Positions 1-13,990 of a stretch of DNA of 64,000 nucleotides are shown here, one piece after another (position 1 is the first letter of the stretch; every line of letters starts with the position of its first letter). Source of the DNA: Vicugna vicugna (lineage: Eukaryota); the NCBI GenBank assembly GCA_013265495.1, contig MU057597.1:86563-150562 (forward strand), given 5' to 3'. Made by a program: the position numbers and the translations under genes. The notes under the pieces are model-generated. The model saw only the letters and a list, made by a program, of their open reading frames with translations, was not told the DNA's origin and made no database searches.

Positions 1-330
1 AAAAAACAAAAACAAACACGCAAACAAAAACAAAGCATAAATACAGGACAGAAATAGACTCATGGACAGAGAATACAGACTTGTGGTTACTGGGGGGGGT
101 AGAGGGTGGGAAGGGATAGACTGGGATTTCAAAATTGTAGAATAGATAAACAAGATTACACTGTATAGCACAGGGAAATATACACAAAATGTTATGATAA
201 ATCACAGAGAAAAAAATGTGACAATGAGTGTGTATATGTCCATGAATGACTGAAAAATTGTGCTGAACACTGGAATTTGACACAACACTGTAAAATGATT
301 ATGAATCAATAAAAAATGTAAAAAAAAAAT
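1..330 (+). mobile_element. LINE-1 3' end (lineage-specific L1 3'UTR with A-tail)
   Basis: Typical L1 3'UTR (ctgtatagcacagggaaatatacacaa...tggaatttgacacaacactgtaaaatga...aataaaaaa). The same terminus recurs at ~1757, ~8070 and ~41422. Confidence 0.8.
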
Positions 331-349
331 CCTTAAAAAAAAATGAAAA

Positions 350-2240
350 AGAAAATAATGCATCCAAACTACATAATCTGGAAGATACAGGTAAATTCTT
401 AGAAACATACAACTAACAAAACCTTAACCAGTAAGAAATAAAAAATTTGAATCAAATTGTAACTAGAGACATTCAAGTAGTAATCAAAAAATCTCAAAGA
501 AAAACCCAGGACCAAATGTCTTCACTACAGAATACTACTGAACATTTGAAAAAGAATTACCTCTAACCCTGCTAAATATGTTACAGCTGAAGAGGGAGCA
601 CTGGCAAACTCATTTCATGGAGCCAGCATAATTCTGAAACCAAACTCAGAGAAAGACCCAACAAAAAAGAAAAAGTAGAAACCCATATCACTAAGGAATA
701 CTGATGCAAAATCCTTAACAAAATACTAGCAAACCAAATTCAACACCACATTTGACATCATGACCAAGTGTATTTTATTCACAGTAAGGAGTAAGGAGGA
801 ATGAAGAAACAAAACTCAATTAATGTGAATCACCACATTAATAAATTACAGGAAAAAACCACACAGGATCATCTCAACTGATGCAGAAAAAAGCATTTGA
901 CAAAATACAGGAACCTTTCAAGATGAAACACTCAACAGTGGGGGAAGGGGGCAGCTCAGTGGTAGAGTGCATGCTCACCTTGCATGAGGTCCTGGGTTCA
1001 ATCCCCAGTACCTCCTCTAAGATTAAATAAATAAATAAACCTAATTAACTCCTCCCAGCAAAACAAAACAAACAAAAAGTAAGTTAACATTTAAAAAAAT
1101 CATCCAATAAACTAGAAATAGTAAATTATCTCAATATAATGAACACCATCTATGAAAAAAACACAGCGAACATCACACTCAATGGTGAAAGAATGAAAGC
1201 TGCTCATCTCAGATCAGGAAGAAGGCGAGGATGAACCGTATCTGCACTACTGCTCAACAAAGTACTCAGAGTCCTAGCCAGGCGTTTTAGACAAGAAAAA
1301 GAAATCTAAGTTATCCAAATTAAAAGTCAAATTACCTTCTTTCCTAGATGACAAAGTTTTATATGTATGAACAGTAAAGATTCCACAAGAAAACTGCTAA
1401 CTCAAAAAACATTTTTAGAGAAGTTGCAGGACACAAAATCAACATGAAAAATCAGTTCCACTCCTATACACAAAGAACAACGTCAAAAGAAAATAAGAAA
1501 AGTGTTATTTAGTACAGCAGCAAAAAGGGATGAAATACTGAGGAGTAAGTTAGCCAAGAAGGTGGAAGACTTGCACACTGAAAACTGCTACACATTCCTA
1601 ACAGAAATCCAAAACATAAAAATAAAGAGAAAGATATCCAGCACTCATGGAAGACCGACTACCCTTAAAATATCCAAACCACACCAGTGTTTTACAGAGT
1701 CAATGCAATCGTTACCAAAATTCCAACAGCAAATTTTGCAGAAATAGAAAAAAACTATGCTGCTCTACACTGGAATTTGACACATTGTAAAAAGACTGTA
1801 ACTCAATAAAAAAATGTTTAAAAAATAAAAATAAAACATGGAAACATGCAAAAAACAACAACAACAACAAAAAAACACATGCTAAGTCACAGGGAATCTC
1901 AAGTGACTGCAAACTGCCAAAACACTCTTGAAGAAAGATGAAGCTCTCAGATTTCAGAACGTATCACAAAATTATCAAGATGGCATGTTACTGACATAAA
2001 CACAGATACATAAACCAGTGACATCGAACACAATGCTCAGAAATAACCCTTTCTTATGTGTAAAATGTATTCAAAAAGGTGCTAAGACTACACCATTGGA
2101 AAGAAGACAGTCTCCATAACAAATGGTGCTGGGAAACCGGGTGCCTACGTGCAGAAGAATGAAGCTGAAGCCTTACCTGCATCAAATCAAAAACGCCTGT
2201 GTGTCAAGGGGCACAACCAACAGAGGGAAAAGACAAAATA
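350..2240 (+). mobile_element. Old degenerate LINE-1 ORF2 fragment, interrupted by a SINE and a short L1 3' end
   Basis: ORF2-like DNA (aaatactagcaaaccaaattcaac, atcatctcaactgatgcagaaaaaagcatttgacaaa, aaatggtgctgggaaac). Paralogous to ~32440-33140. Confidence 0.8.
940..1080 (+). mobile_element. tRNA-Ala-derived SINE (vic-1-like)
   Basis: ggggaagggggcagctcagtggtagagtgcatgc...gaggtcctgggttcaatccccagtacctcc followed by an aaataaacctaatta tail; A and B boxes present. Confidence 0.85.
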
Positions 2241-2329
2241 TGAAGAATGGAGATGACAAAAGTGATTTAAAGAATTTCCAACACTCAGCAATATAGGTTG
2301 AGGTCACTGTTTAAAATAGATGATCGAAG

Positions 2330-2460
2330 TGGGGGAGGGTACAGCTCAGCATGTGAGAGGTCCTGGGTTCAGTCATTAGTAAACAAATAAATAAACCTAA
2401 TTACCCCCCTCAAAAAAACAAACAAAAAAGGCCCCAAAATAAATAAATAAATAAAAATTT
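2330..2460 (+). mobile_element. tRNA-derived SINE, internally deleted
   Basis: gggggagggtacagctcag...gaggtcctgggttcag...aataaacctaattacccccct. Confidence 0.75.
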
Positions 2461-3000
2461 AAGTGAAAAACAGAATCAGTGGGTAAAATAGATGATGGAA
2501 TAAAATGGCCCTTTCGGATGGCCCATTCCATTCCCAGTCGTTACAGCTGTGTAATCAGTGACGCACTCTAAATGCTTCGAACGTGTTGTAAAAAGAAAGA
2601 ACAAATTTCTCTATGTTGGTCTCTTCCAGAATTTACCAGGTACTGTGCACATTACTACCTGACTTCCCCGTGCAGCTTCTTTCTCTGGTTCACAGACAGT
2701 AGACAGAGCACCCAGATGGGCCCCTAAACTCTCCCTGCTGCCCCACAGCACTGACTCCGTGTCTCCAATCCCAGGGGTGAAGCCCGCCCAGGACGCCGCC
2801 CAGGGAGCCGCTTCACACGTTCCAGGTCCCAGGGTCCCGGGGGTGGAGTCTGAGTGGGGAGGACAGGCGCTGAGGGGGGGCCCTGGGTGACTGTGAATGT
2901 ACAGGTGTCAGGCAGGACCTGCAGAGTCAGACAGGATTAGCGAGTCCAAAGGGCATTTCAGGAAGGACAGACTGAGAATCCAGTGAGAATATGACTTTAC

Positions 3001-3015
3001 CTGAGAAACAGCCAT
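3001..3015 (-). CDS. KZNF gene A, start-codon exon coding part (MAVSQ); KRAB and finger exons presumably lie left of the window
   Basis: ATG GCT GTT TCT CAG|gtaaagtcatattc donor. Paralogous to the exons at 33743, 53032 and 63342. Confidence 0.7.
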
Positions 3016-6000
3016 TCCTGACTCCTTTTTTTGCTCTTCCTCTTCTGGACTTTTCCTTCAGGAAAGGCGAGTCTTTAGAGGTCAATCCCGAAAGTTGGAA
3101 AAATGTCCTTTAATGCTGAGAATCAACACAGCCCTCCCTGCGCCACAACCACACACACAGGGGAGACCTCACCACGTGGGACAGACAGTCCCCTGCTGCC
3201 CGCTGTCACAGGAAGGACTCAGGACAGGAAACTCCACACACACACCAACAAAGGAGTTGCCCCACATTGTCCTCAGATCAGCCTCCCCTCCTGGTGAGCC
3301 CCTCCCCTACACGGCAGCAGTGGGCGCCTCAGCTGGACCCGACAGCCCCCTTCAGGTCACAGACCAGGACCAGATCCACCCCCACGCAGAGCAGAGCCCC
3401 CTCCCCCTCAGCCCGGATCCCAGCCCTCAGGATGGGAGGACTCAGAGTCAGGATGCTCAGTGAGGGACCCAGACTGGAATCACCTGGGGGCCCATAAATA
3501 TCATTAAGGCTGGACCCCCACACAGACTATATGAAGGGGAATCTCTGGTCAGAGGGTCTGAAACATGTATATGCAAAACGCCTATCATGAATACAGCAAT
3601 ACTCATGAGAGTGCAGATATGTCCCTGGAAATACTGATTTCTTTTCTTTTGGATATCCACCAGAAGTGGGTCCGACTGTGTGCCTCTTTTACACTTAATT
3701 TATTGAACACCCTCCATATTGTTTTCCAGTTTGGCAGAACCATTTACATTCCCACCAATAGTGCAAAAAGGTCCCCCATTCTCTGTATTGTACCTGTGTG
3801 TGCGTATGTGGGGAGGGACAACAGTGCATAACAGAATATCCAGCACTGACCCGGCAGCAAGAAAGCTGCAGCTACGTCTTGTGAAGGATGAGCCTCTGGA
3901 CTGCTGATCGCTGTGGTGTTGCTGCCCTCTGATTCCTGGAATATCCTTCCCTACATCACAGAATTTTATGGCCCCTCTCGCCTTGGGCCCAAAGGCACAT
4001 ACCTAGCAGGCCCACCCTACTGAAAACATCCTCCAATTTTCAGCTGATGACACAATTTCCCTTCTGTAGTCAAACAAACTCAGACTCTCAGAGCACAGCA
4101 CAGTCCCCACAGGACCCAAGCTATCTGCCCATCCTGCTATACAATGACAGGAAACACTCCAAACTGCAGTAACTCGTGTCATGAGGGAAATGTACTTAAG
4201 ACACCCACGGAGTCACTAACCACAAGACAATACGTTCACTGACAGTGACCCTGACCAAGCACTGTCGTCTCCAACACGACTGATAAGAGGGATATTTCCA
4301 ATGACACGCATGACCCAGTGTGAGCCCAAAGCTTCCAAGGAAACATGTCAGTCTTCTGCGTCTTTCCAAGTGCATCAGAAACCTTCACTAGCAACCCAAA
4401 ATACTCAAAGATATCAAAGGTAGCTGATAAAATGATGTCTGAGATTTTCCCTCTAATTCCTCTATGGCTTGCATGATGATTCTTGCCCTCCCAAAAGACC
4501 CCTACAAGTCATGGACTGGAGTGAATGCTGGGGGGGACCTTCTAAATCCAGCCCCTCAAGACAAGGCACCCATCCTCCTACACCCACAGTTCCGTGGGCT
4601 CAGCTCAGGCCTCGGTTCTAACACCACTGAAGGAAACGGTTTCTCTCTGCCGTTCCACCACCATCACTTCTCCTCACGTATGATGTGAGTTTCCCAATTA
4701 AGCCCATGCCTGCAAAACCCAGTCTCAGTATCCATCCCACGGAACTGTGCTAAGACACCATGGTACCTGACACTGTTCCATGCAGGCTGCAGATACGAAC
4801 AAAGCCACATCCAGGTCCTGCAGCCTGAATGAGACATCCCTTTCAAACAGATTCACACAGTCCTTGATCCCACAACTCCACTTAGGACAGGCGCACACAC
4901 CGCTCACGGGACTCATCCTGCCGCCCACACCGGCTGCCAGGTCCCTCCTGCAGACCCCACAGGCTCCCCTCCACTTTCCCCATTTCTCCACCTCTCCTCC
5001 ACGCACGCGTGGGGAACAGGGCTACAAGGGAAAGGACCTCTCAGCAAAGGCGTCACGACAGGAACACACACAAGCTGCCACCCAAAGGATACTGGACATT
5101 GAGTATGACGGTCAGGAAGCAGGCCCTCCTGGGAAGACTTACTAGCAGCTGGGAAACTGATGGAGACCAGTCACAAAGGCATTTGAGACCAGTGAGGAAG
5201 TCTCAGAGACAGACGGTCCCCAGATTTCTTGTCTCCTGTTCTCCCCACTCACAGGTAATTAAAAGATACCTTAGCTCTTTGAGGGAGGCCACCATCACAC
5301 CCCCTTAGGCTCCAGACTTCTACCCACCCTCAGCACAGTGAGATCACTATCCCTGACTCTGAGCAGAAGCACTGCTGGAAGGCAAAGCTCCCAACAAGGT
5401 GGGAACAGGTCCCTGGATGTGCACAGCCTGGAATACCTGGGGGCTACAGCACAGCAGTGACACAGCACACTTAACATGGGGACACCTCAGGACACTGCAT
5501 GAGGACACCAGTTCTGTAGGGCTTTTTAGGACTTACTCCATCTTATGGCTCTTACTTTGAGCAACTAACTAGCCACATGACATCTTTGACAAGCATTCCT
5601 CACAACAGTCTAAAATTACGTACTACTTACCAAAGAAATTTTCCAATACATAAAATAAAGAGAATAAAGTACTCAGGCTTGGAATAAATCTGAAACAAAT
5701 TTTAAAAACAAATAATATGTGAATTACTTTTAGCCCAAAACTTTGGTTTCAACATTTTGGGGAAAAAATGAGGATATATCACATTTAGAAAAGAATGACA
5801 TGAGTAGAAAATTAGAGGCCACCAAAGATGGTTTCAGAAGTTAAAAATTTATTGGAAAGTAGAAACTTAATGAACTTAAGTCATTCCAAGCTACAAAAGA
5901 GTATGTAAAGAAACAAAAAAGTAAATAATTACAAAATACACCACTTTCAAAGTTCCTTTAAAAAGGTACCAAGTAGGGACAGTCATTTCTTGCCCCACGT

Positions 6001-7069
6001 ATCCTCCCCTGACCTCCTTCCCTCGTTAGGAAAAGGGAAGAGGGTAATTCATAATTGCCTGATTCACGTCACTGCTCCCCGGGCTGGACAGGGGCTGCAA
6101 ATGGAAGCTATCTTCTGGTACAAGTAATTATAAAATGCACAGGCCTTACAGAACGTTTCGTAACTCCAGCCTCATCTATATAATTCAAACAAAATTTGAA
6201 ATTCTACGGCTGCCAGTCATCTTTCATGGATTTAATCGTCCCATCTAAACAGCTCGCCTCCACCGTGAATCCAGTTTCCTCCTCTATCTGACCTACCGTT
6301 TCCTTTCATTCTGTTTCCCTCCCTCTTTTGTCTTTTTGTTCCCCACTCTTCTGCTGTCTCTCCCCTCCTATGTCTTCCCTCACTCCTGTCCTGCCCCACT
6401 CTGCAACTCTCTTCCCCACTTGTTGCTTTTTATCTCCAATCTTTTCTATTTTTTTCCCTCGGGAGAAGGATGGATTTACCACTTGAAATAAATGAGAACA
6501 CCCGGGATCTTTCCCAAAGCAGTGCCTCCTCTCTAACCTTTCTGATTGCCCTAAATCTCCATATATTTCTGTCTCCTTCCTCCATCTCTGCTTCCTCTCT
6601 GCCCTCTGGTTACACCTTTAATACCTCACTTACAGTCCCTTAGGCCCACTCTCTGGTACTCCCTGGTGGCTATACTTCCTGCTCTCTCTTCCTCTGCTCC
6701 TCCAGTTACTAGTTTTCCTTTCTCTCTCAGCACCACGACGCCGAGGGTCATGGTTCCACCTGTTTCATCCTCTCCCCCTACTCTCCGTGTGAAGAGCCTC
6801 ACCACCGTTGCGCTCCCTTCTACCGCTGATCCTGAGCCACTCTCCCTACGACGATCTCCAACACCTGGAGATGGGCTTTTTAATGTACCTCTATTTAATT
6901 CACCTGTTACTTTCAAGCTTTAATTTCTTTCCTGTCTCTATTGTCTCTCTACAAGTGCCTCAACCATCCTCTACGTCCGCAACAGTCCTCCCTCGTTTAT
7001 CAGTGTTTCTATTTTTCTCTCACACCCCTCACCTGCTTTTCCTGGTCCTCTCGACCCACGTATTTAGAA

Positions 7070-7900
7070 AGATAGCGACTGAATGAGACAGCCGCCTACC
7101 GAAGACACCATTTTCCACCAGGGTGCAATTTGGGACGTAAAAACAAGGCTAGTGATGGTCACCTCTAACTTCCCGGGGTGGGGGAAGGGCTGACTACGAA
7201 GAAAGGCCTGAAAAGGACACGAGGACCCGGGCTGGCAGGCAGGGGGTCTCAGGAAAGGGCCGGGCTCCCGAGAATCCTGGGACCCGAGGAGAGGACGGGG
7301 CCTCACGAGAACGAGGCGGCAGGCGCTGCCCTCCAGGAGCCGAGACAGCGAGGTCGGGCGCAGGGGGGGAGGGGCAAATCCACCTCGCGGAAGGGGACGT
7401 TACATGGGGTGGGGAAGGGTAAAGGGTTTTATGAGGGAAGCGTTTCAAGCAGGAAAACGGCATAAAGGCGGTGTCTCCGTGACCGAAGGTAGAAAAGCCA
7501 AGGGCAGGGACCACTCTCAGAGGGAATTCAAACCCAAAGGGAAATGATAACCGAAGTAGAGCAACGCCGTCCGGACTTACGTGGGGCCTGAGACCCAGGT
7601 GCCAGGCTTTAGGTCCGCAGCAACTCCACACCCTGAGGACTAAATGAGCGGGATGAAGCGGCACAAAACTGCACCAGAAAACAGAAACTTCGCTCTGTTG
7701 CGTGACCTCCACGCCGCTCTCTCCGCTTCCGGTTCCGGGAGGAACTCTTGAGGGTAGAGTAAGAGGCGGGACTTCCGGGGGCGGGGCCCAGCGAATAAAT
7801 AACGGCGAGGGCGTGGCCGGGCGGAGCGCTAGCGGCCGAGGGCGGGGGCGGAGGGGCAGCGACGCAGCGAGGCCTGTGTCCAGAGTCGCGCAGCAGGAGG
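7070..7900 (-). promoter_or_regulatory. CpG-island promoter and non-coding exon 1 of KZNF gene A
   Basis: CpG-rich. ETS/GABPA-like motifs (cttccggttccgg, acttccgg) and GC boxes (ggggcggggc) at ~7725-7790. Minus-strand donor ccccac|gtaagt at 7581/7580. Confidence 0.75.
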
Positions 7901-8959
7901 AGAGATACTATCCCATACCTTTTTTTTTTTTTAATCCCATACCTTGAAGCAATTGTTTTAAGTTACTGTCTGGAAGAGACTTTAGGTAAAAGTTTACACT
8001 GATGTGGACCAGTTATGTCAGATGCCAAGATGTTTTCTCCTCAGATGAAAAAGGTTTAAAAATAAGCTCACAGGGAGAAAAAAAAAAATGATAATGAATA
8101 TATGTATGCTCACGTATAACTGAAAAATTGTGCTCTACACTGGAATTTGACAACATTGTAAAATGACTATAAGTCAATAAAGAAATGTTAAGGGAAAAAA
8201 AAAGGTTTAAATAAAAAGCTGTTTTTGCCAGCAGTTAGCGCTCATGATCTACTGCCCAGGGATAAGCAATCCAGAGGTCCCGGAACTTGGGGCTCCCAGA
8301 GGGGAAAGAGAGGGGTTAACATGGGGCGTTGGTGGGATCCAGGAACATTTTCAAAATTGGAATTAATTTAAGCAGTTTTAAAATAAATAAGAACTGGACT
8401 AGTCTCTGTGTTACTAATGCAAAAAACAAATACAAAACTCTCCCTGGGCAAAATGGGATATATACTGACACCCTACAAAACAGCTTTTCCGATTCATTCA
8501 CGCAGAAGGGCAAACTGAACACACTGCTCAGTTTCACAATCTCAGGGACAGAATCTGGGGTCTGAGACTGGAGGACTAACGCATCTGACAATTAAGGTCA
8601 CTAACCATTGCCTTGAAAAAAGCAATGCAGTTCTTTAACTGCTATAAATGGCATTATTCTTTCTTTTGTCCAACGTGTTTTAGTTATTTCCTTTTTAAAA
8701 CCAATTCTTTACGTAGTAGCATTTAAGAGTTGTTTACACAACTCTGTATACACTGACACACATCACTATGTAAGTTCCAGGTTTACAGCATAATGGACTG
8801 ATACCACAATGAATTTAGTTAGCATCCGTAATTTCATACTGATAAAGAGGGCAAAATAGGAGAAAACATTTTTTCTTTTGACGAGAACTGCATTATTCTT
8901 TAAAATACCTATTTGATGAATTACCTTCTGAATTTACATTGTGAATAAAAAATTCTTTA

Positions 8960-10920
8960 AAAAAAAAACAAGGTAAAAGCATCTTAGAACAAAATACGCC
9001 TAAGCTAGAAATAGGAAAAATGATTAGAGACAAATGAAATGGAGAATAAAACTACAGAAAATGACAAAAGTACAAAATGCTTCTTTGAAAAGGACAAGAA
9101 AATTGACAATTCCTTATCTAGATTAACAAAAAAAGGGGAGAAGACTCAATTACCGAATAAGAAAAACATAACATTATAACAGATTACAACTAATTTTACA
9201 GAATTCTTTTTAATTTAGAAAAAATACCCAGATAATTCTATGGTTAAATATAGGATATAATCTAGAAGAAACAGATAAATTCCTATAGAAACAGAACCTA
9301 CCAACACAGAATCACGAAGAAATTAAAAATCAGAACATGTTACTTGTAAGGAGACTGAATCACTATTCAGAAACCATTCAACAAAGGAGAACCAGAGAGC
9401 TTCATTGCAGAATTCTACGCAAGGTTTAAAAACAATATTAATTAATTAAAAAATAAAATAAATATAGGATAACCTAGGAAAAATGGATAACTTCCTATGG
9501 AAACAGAACCATGAGAGAATCATGAAGAAATTAAAAGTCCAAAAAATCCTGTAACTTGTAAGGCGACTGAATCACTATTCAAAAACCACTCAACAAGGGA
9601 AAGCCAGAGACCTCCACTGCAGAAGTCTACCCAAAGTTTAAAAACAATTAAGACCAACCTTCCTTAAACTTGTCCCCAAACTACTGAACAAAAGGGAACA
9701 GTTCTCAACTACCTCTATGAACCCAGATTTATTCTAATACCAAAGTCAAAGACAGTACAAGAAAACCACAGGCTAAAACTTCTAGTGAATAATGAGGCAA
9801 AAATCATCAATAAAATAGTAAACTAAAATCAACATCACGTTAAAAAGATTATAAACTTTGCCTAAGGAGAATATGTGAAATGCAAGGATGCTTCCACATG
9901 TGAAAATCCTTCAAAGTAAAACAACACACTAACAGAATGAAAGTAAAAACTTCCATGATCATCTCATGTGACACGAGAAAGCATTCAACAAAAGACAATA
10001 GCCTTTCATGATAAAAAAAAAAACAATAAAATATGAATAGAAAAAAACTAGCTCTAAACAATAGAGGATGTATGTCAACAGCCCACAGCTAACATCATAC
10101 TCAATAGTAAAACACTGAAAGCCTTTCTTCTAAGACCAGGAACAAGACATGGATACTTTTTCTCACTATTTCTAAAAATTTATTACTAGAGTTCCTAGAA
10201 AAAAAAAAGTAGTTCAGGAAAGAATGCATAGTCGGAGTCAGGGGGGTGGGGGTAAAGGTATTGCTCAAGCAGTAGAGCACATGCTTAGCATGCACAAGGT
10301 CCTGTATTAACTCCCCAGTACTGCCTCTAAAAATAAGTAAATAAATAAACCTGATTACCTCCCTTGCCAAGAAAAATCAAAATAAAAAGAAAAGAATGCA
10401 TAGGCAGAAATAGATAAAAGGTACCCCAACAGAAAAAGAAAGCAAAATTATCTATTTACAACTTATACGATCTAATATGTAGAAAACTCTGAAGATTCTG
10501 GAAAAAAAATGCTAGAAATAATGAATAAATTTGAAAAAATTACAATATATAAAAGCAAAATGTAAGAATCAATTAGTTTCCTATATATTACAAATAATCC
10601 AAAAATTGAGAAAACAATTCCATTTTCAATAGCATCAATATAAAGCAAAATATTTAAGCATAATGTTATACAGGAAAGGAATTATGTGTCCACAGTAAAC
10701 TAAAAACACTTGTGAAAAATGCTAGAAAAGGCACAAATACATGCAAAGATATCCCAATTTCATGAATTGGAAGGCAGTACTGTCAAGTTGTCAATATTAG
10801 CCAAAACAATCAACAGATTCACCCCAATCCCTAAAGAAATCCCAACCCCAATTTCTTGAAGAAATAAGTAAATCCATCATGTAACTGATAATAGATTCAT
10901 ATCTAGAATATATAAAGAAC
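8960..10920 (+). mobile_element. Old degenerate LINE-1 ORF2 fragment
   Basis: ORF2-like DNA (cccacagctaacatcatactcaatag, ctgaaagcctttcttctaagaccaggaacaagac). Contains an internal tandem duplication and a SINE. Confidence 0.8.
10241..10390 (+). mobile_element. tRNA-derived SINE with target-site duplication
   Basis: SINE body flanked by aagaatgcatag on both sides (~10220 and ~10392). Confidence 0.8.
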
Positions 10921-11562
10921 TATAAAAGGGACTGATCACCAATTCCATCATGGGGGCAGGTGGGGCCTTCCCCAATCAAGCATCTCACACTTTGCAAACA
11001 TAAAAACAAAAACAACTAAGAGTAACATCCAAAACATGAGCCTCATGGTAAAATAAACAAATATCAAGATAATTTATAATGCATAGAAATCTACAAAATG
11101 AAAACAGGAAATTTAAGTATCTTAAAACAGATTATGGTTCACCACTGAAAGTATCTGTCATTCAGACACTTCAAAATTAGGTCTGGAGATAGAAGGAACA
11201 GGGGCACACACAGGCGATGAAAAATGTGGTGTCATTAATAATTTAGTCAACAGCCCTACAGATATGAGGATGAGAAGTTGGACCATGTTGTTCCTAGGAG
11301 AAATTCCTACACCATTTACTGAGGCTCAAAAGGGATGGTCATTAGTGTACGTAAGCAACACTGTCACAATGCCCTTGAGACAGGCTTTTGTGACATGCCT
11401 CAAAAACTGGAAAATAAAACTGGAAAGACTCACAGGTCAGTCTCTCATGATAGTTTGTTTCTCCAATCTTAGAACAAATGACCACTCTACCTAGTAGCTT
11501 CAGGGAGTGATTCTGTACACAGTAGGACAATATTACAACGGTGGGGAGGAGCCAGCTTAGTG

Positions 11563-11700
11563 GAGGGGGAGGGTAGAGCTCAGCTGGTGGAGCACACGCT
11601 CAGCATGCAGGAGGTCCTTAGTTCAGTCCCCAGTACCTCCTCCAAAAATAAATAAATAAATAAACAAACAAACCTAATTACCCCAAAAGTAAAATAAAAA
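11563..11700 (+). mobile_element. tRNA-derived SINE
   Basis: gggggagggtagagctcagctggtggagcacacgctcagcatgcaggaggtcc...cctaattaccccaaaa. Confidence 0.8.
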
Positions 11701-13025
11701 ATATATATATATATTACAACATATGACAGAAAGTACTCTCCATGAAACATTGTTACCCAGTAAACCCACCCCGTAGAGTCCACCAGAAGCTGTCCTTTAA
11801 TTCATGTTGGATTATCACAGCAAAGAAACTGGGTAACATTTCAGACCCTATGACTATGTTATTTCAAAAGCACGTTTCAGAGGGATAATCATGCAAATTT
11901 AGGAGAATATGAAATCAGGAAGAGTATACATTCCCTGACTAGGTAGACCAGTACTACAGGGGGAAAAAATGCATGATATGGAGGTAAGAGCTTATAGACT
12001 ATCCACATGGAACCATGAACTCTACCCACAGGTGCCAAGCGCAGAGCATGAAGACATATATTCTCACCATGTGGGACTGGGGATGAGAAAGAAGATCTCT
12101 CTGTTGACTGTCCTGACAGTCTAAGTAACTCTCACAGAGGATCCAAAGGACTGGCTGAAGCAGAAAAAAGGCTGAGGGATGTAAACAAGCAGACAGAATC
12201 ACACAGATTCTGAGGTGCCAGATGGAATCAAAGAGCAGCCAGTGTGTTCTCATTCTGTGAGTAGGTCTTCCAAGAACATCCAGTGGGGAGGGAACTGGGC
12301 AAGGTCCGGGGACTGGAGTCCAGAGGCATCAGCTCTGATCAATATGGACTGAGAACAGAGCATCCAGTGGAATCCCACCCTGAAGGAGAGAGGAAGGGAC
12401 AAAAGACTCCAAAGAAACAGCCTGCCTCACGCTCTTCAGAGTCAAAGAACGAGCTCGCAGGAGGCAGGTGACAGTGTTGAACATGGAACACTCTGCTTTT
12501 GTATCTTGGAGCTGCAGCACCATGGAGGGTGAAAGCACACATTTCACATGTTGAAGGGTAGAGGGATAGGTTGGGGAGAAATAAAACTGTTTGTGAGAGT
12601 TCACAATAAATAAACTTTGGATTTCCCAAAAAACTCTCCAGTGATCAGTTTCCCAAACCCTATTCATGGGGCTGCCTTTGAGATCTGACCTGCAATCACA
12701 ATTTGCACACATTCCCAACAATTAGATATTTTTGCTATTTTCACATCATTCTTCTCAGTCCTGGGCTCTTCTCCTTGCTCCAAAATGCAAATATTTGTAT
12801 CAGAAACAGAAATTCCCACTTATCAGAAGACATAAACGTCAAGTGCAGTCACTTTTCAGAATCCCAGCTCTTTCCTCAGCTGAAGAGTGAGGACATTACA
12901 AGTGGGTCTGCAAAAATATTTAGCAAACTCGTCCTCCACAAGCCTCCTTCTGAATGCACGGGGACAAGTGCAATACGCAGACACCAGGCTCTCTTAGTAG
13001 AAATGCTGAGTCACAAGCACATGGC

Positions 13026-13150
13026 GGGAGGAGAGGGGAGAGCTCAGCGGTGGAGCGCATGCTGAGCACACAGAAGGTCCTGGGTTCAATCCCCTGTAGC
13101 CCCTCTAAAACAAGTAAACGTAATCTCCACCCCCAAAAAATAATTTTTAA
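13026..13150 (+). mobile_element. tRNA-derived SINE
   Basis: ggggagagctcagcggtggagcgcatgctgagcacacagaaggtcctgggttcaatcccc. Confidence 0.75.
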
Positions 13151-13356
13151 AAACGCACAAGGGTAGAAAACAGGAAAGTGGATATATGAGAAGTTTGCCA
13201 CTGAGGTTTATAAACATGTAAGCTATGGAAAAACACCTGATGTATCACGAAGTGGACAGAGCCTTAGAGGAAAAGGTCTGTTTAAACTCCTGATGCCACA
13301 TCATGAAGCTGTTCATGTCTGAGTCACCGGGGACTGCAGATCAGTCAAGCGAATCA

Positions 13357-13581
<225 letters not shown>

Positions 13582-13794
13582 TCACCAAGGGGCCATGAGG
13601 AAAGCTCTTATTTGCACACAAAATGAGGAAGAGGAGAGAGGGGTAAGGATCAATTCAGTTGCTGTAAGTATTCTGATACTTCCATGGAAAAGGATTTAGA
13701 GTAAATCATGGATCTCCAATTTTAAATTCTTGTGCTTTTCCACTGAGATTATGATACCCTTGAATCAATGTGGATTTTTCATTTTTGTGGACAA

Positions 13795-13990
13795 TACATG
13801 ATATACATATATATAAAACTCAACAAAACAAGCTCATACTGCATAGCACAGGGAACTCTATTCAGGATCTTGGAGTAACCTATGGTGAAAAAGAGTATGA
13901 AAACAAATGTATGTTCAGATATGACTGAAGCATTATGCTGTACACCAGAAACTGACGCATTGTAAACTGACTATACTTCAAAATACATAT
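13795..13990 (+). mobile_element. LINE-1 3' end fragment
   Basis: catagcacagggaactctattcaggatcttgg...tgctgtacaccagaaactgac. Confidence 0.7.

Noticed and set aside
3081..3092. Apparent AG-to-GG loss of the gene A exon-2 acceptor
   Set aside because: The homologous site differs in all four copies, so the true acceptor cannot be fixed without transcripts.
3095..3497. Recurrent plus-strand ORFs in the four duplicated blocks
   Set aside because: Frames, starts and stops differ between copies and there is no domain similarity. They are by-products of GC-rich duplicated intron sequence.
7178..7947. ORFs within the CpG islands (also at ~35.6-36.4 kb and ~58.4-58.9 kb)
   Set aside because: Stop-poor GC-rich promoter sequence; the peptides are not conserved between paralogous islands.
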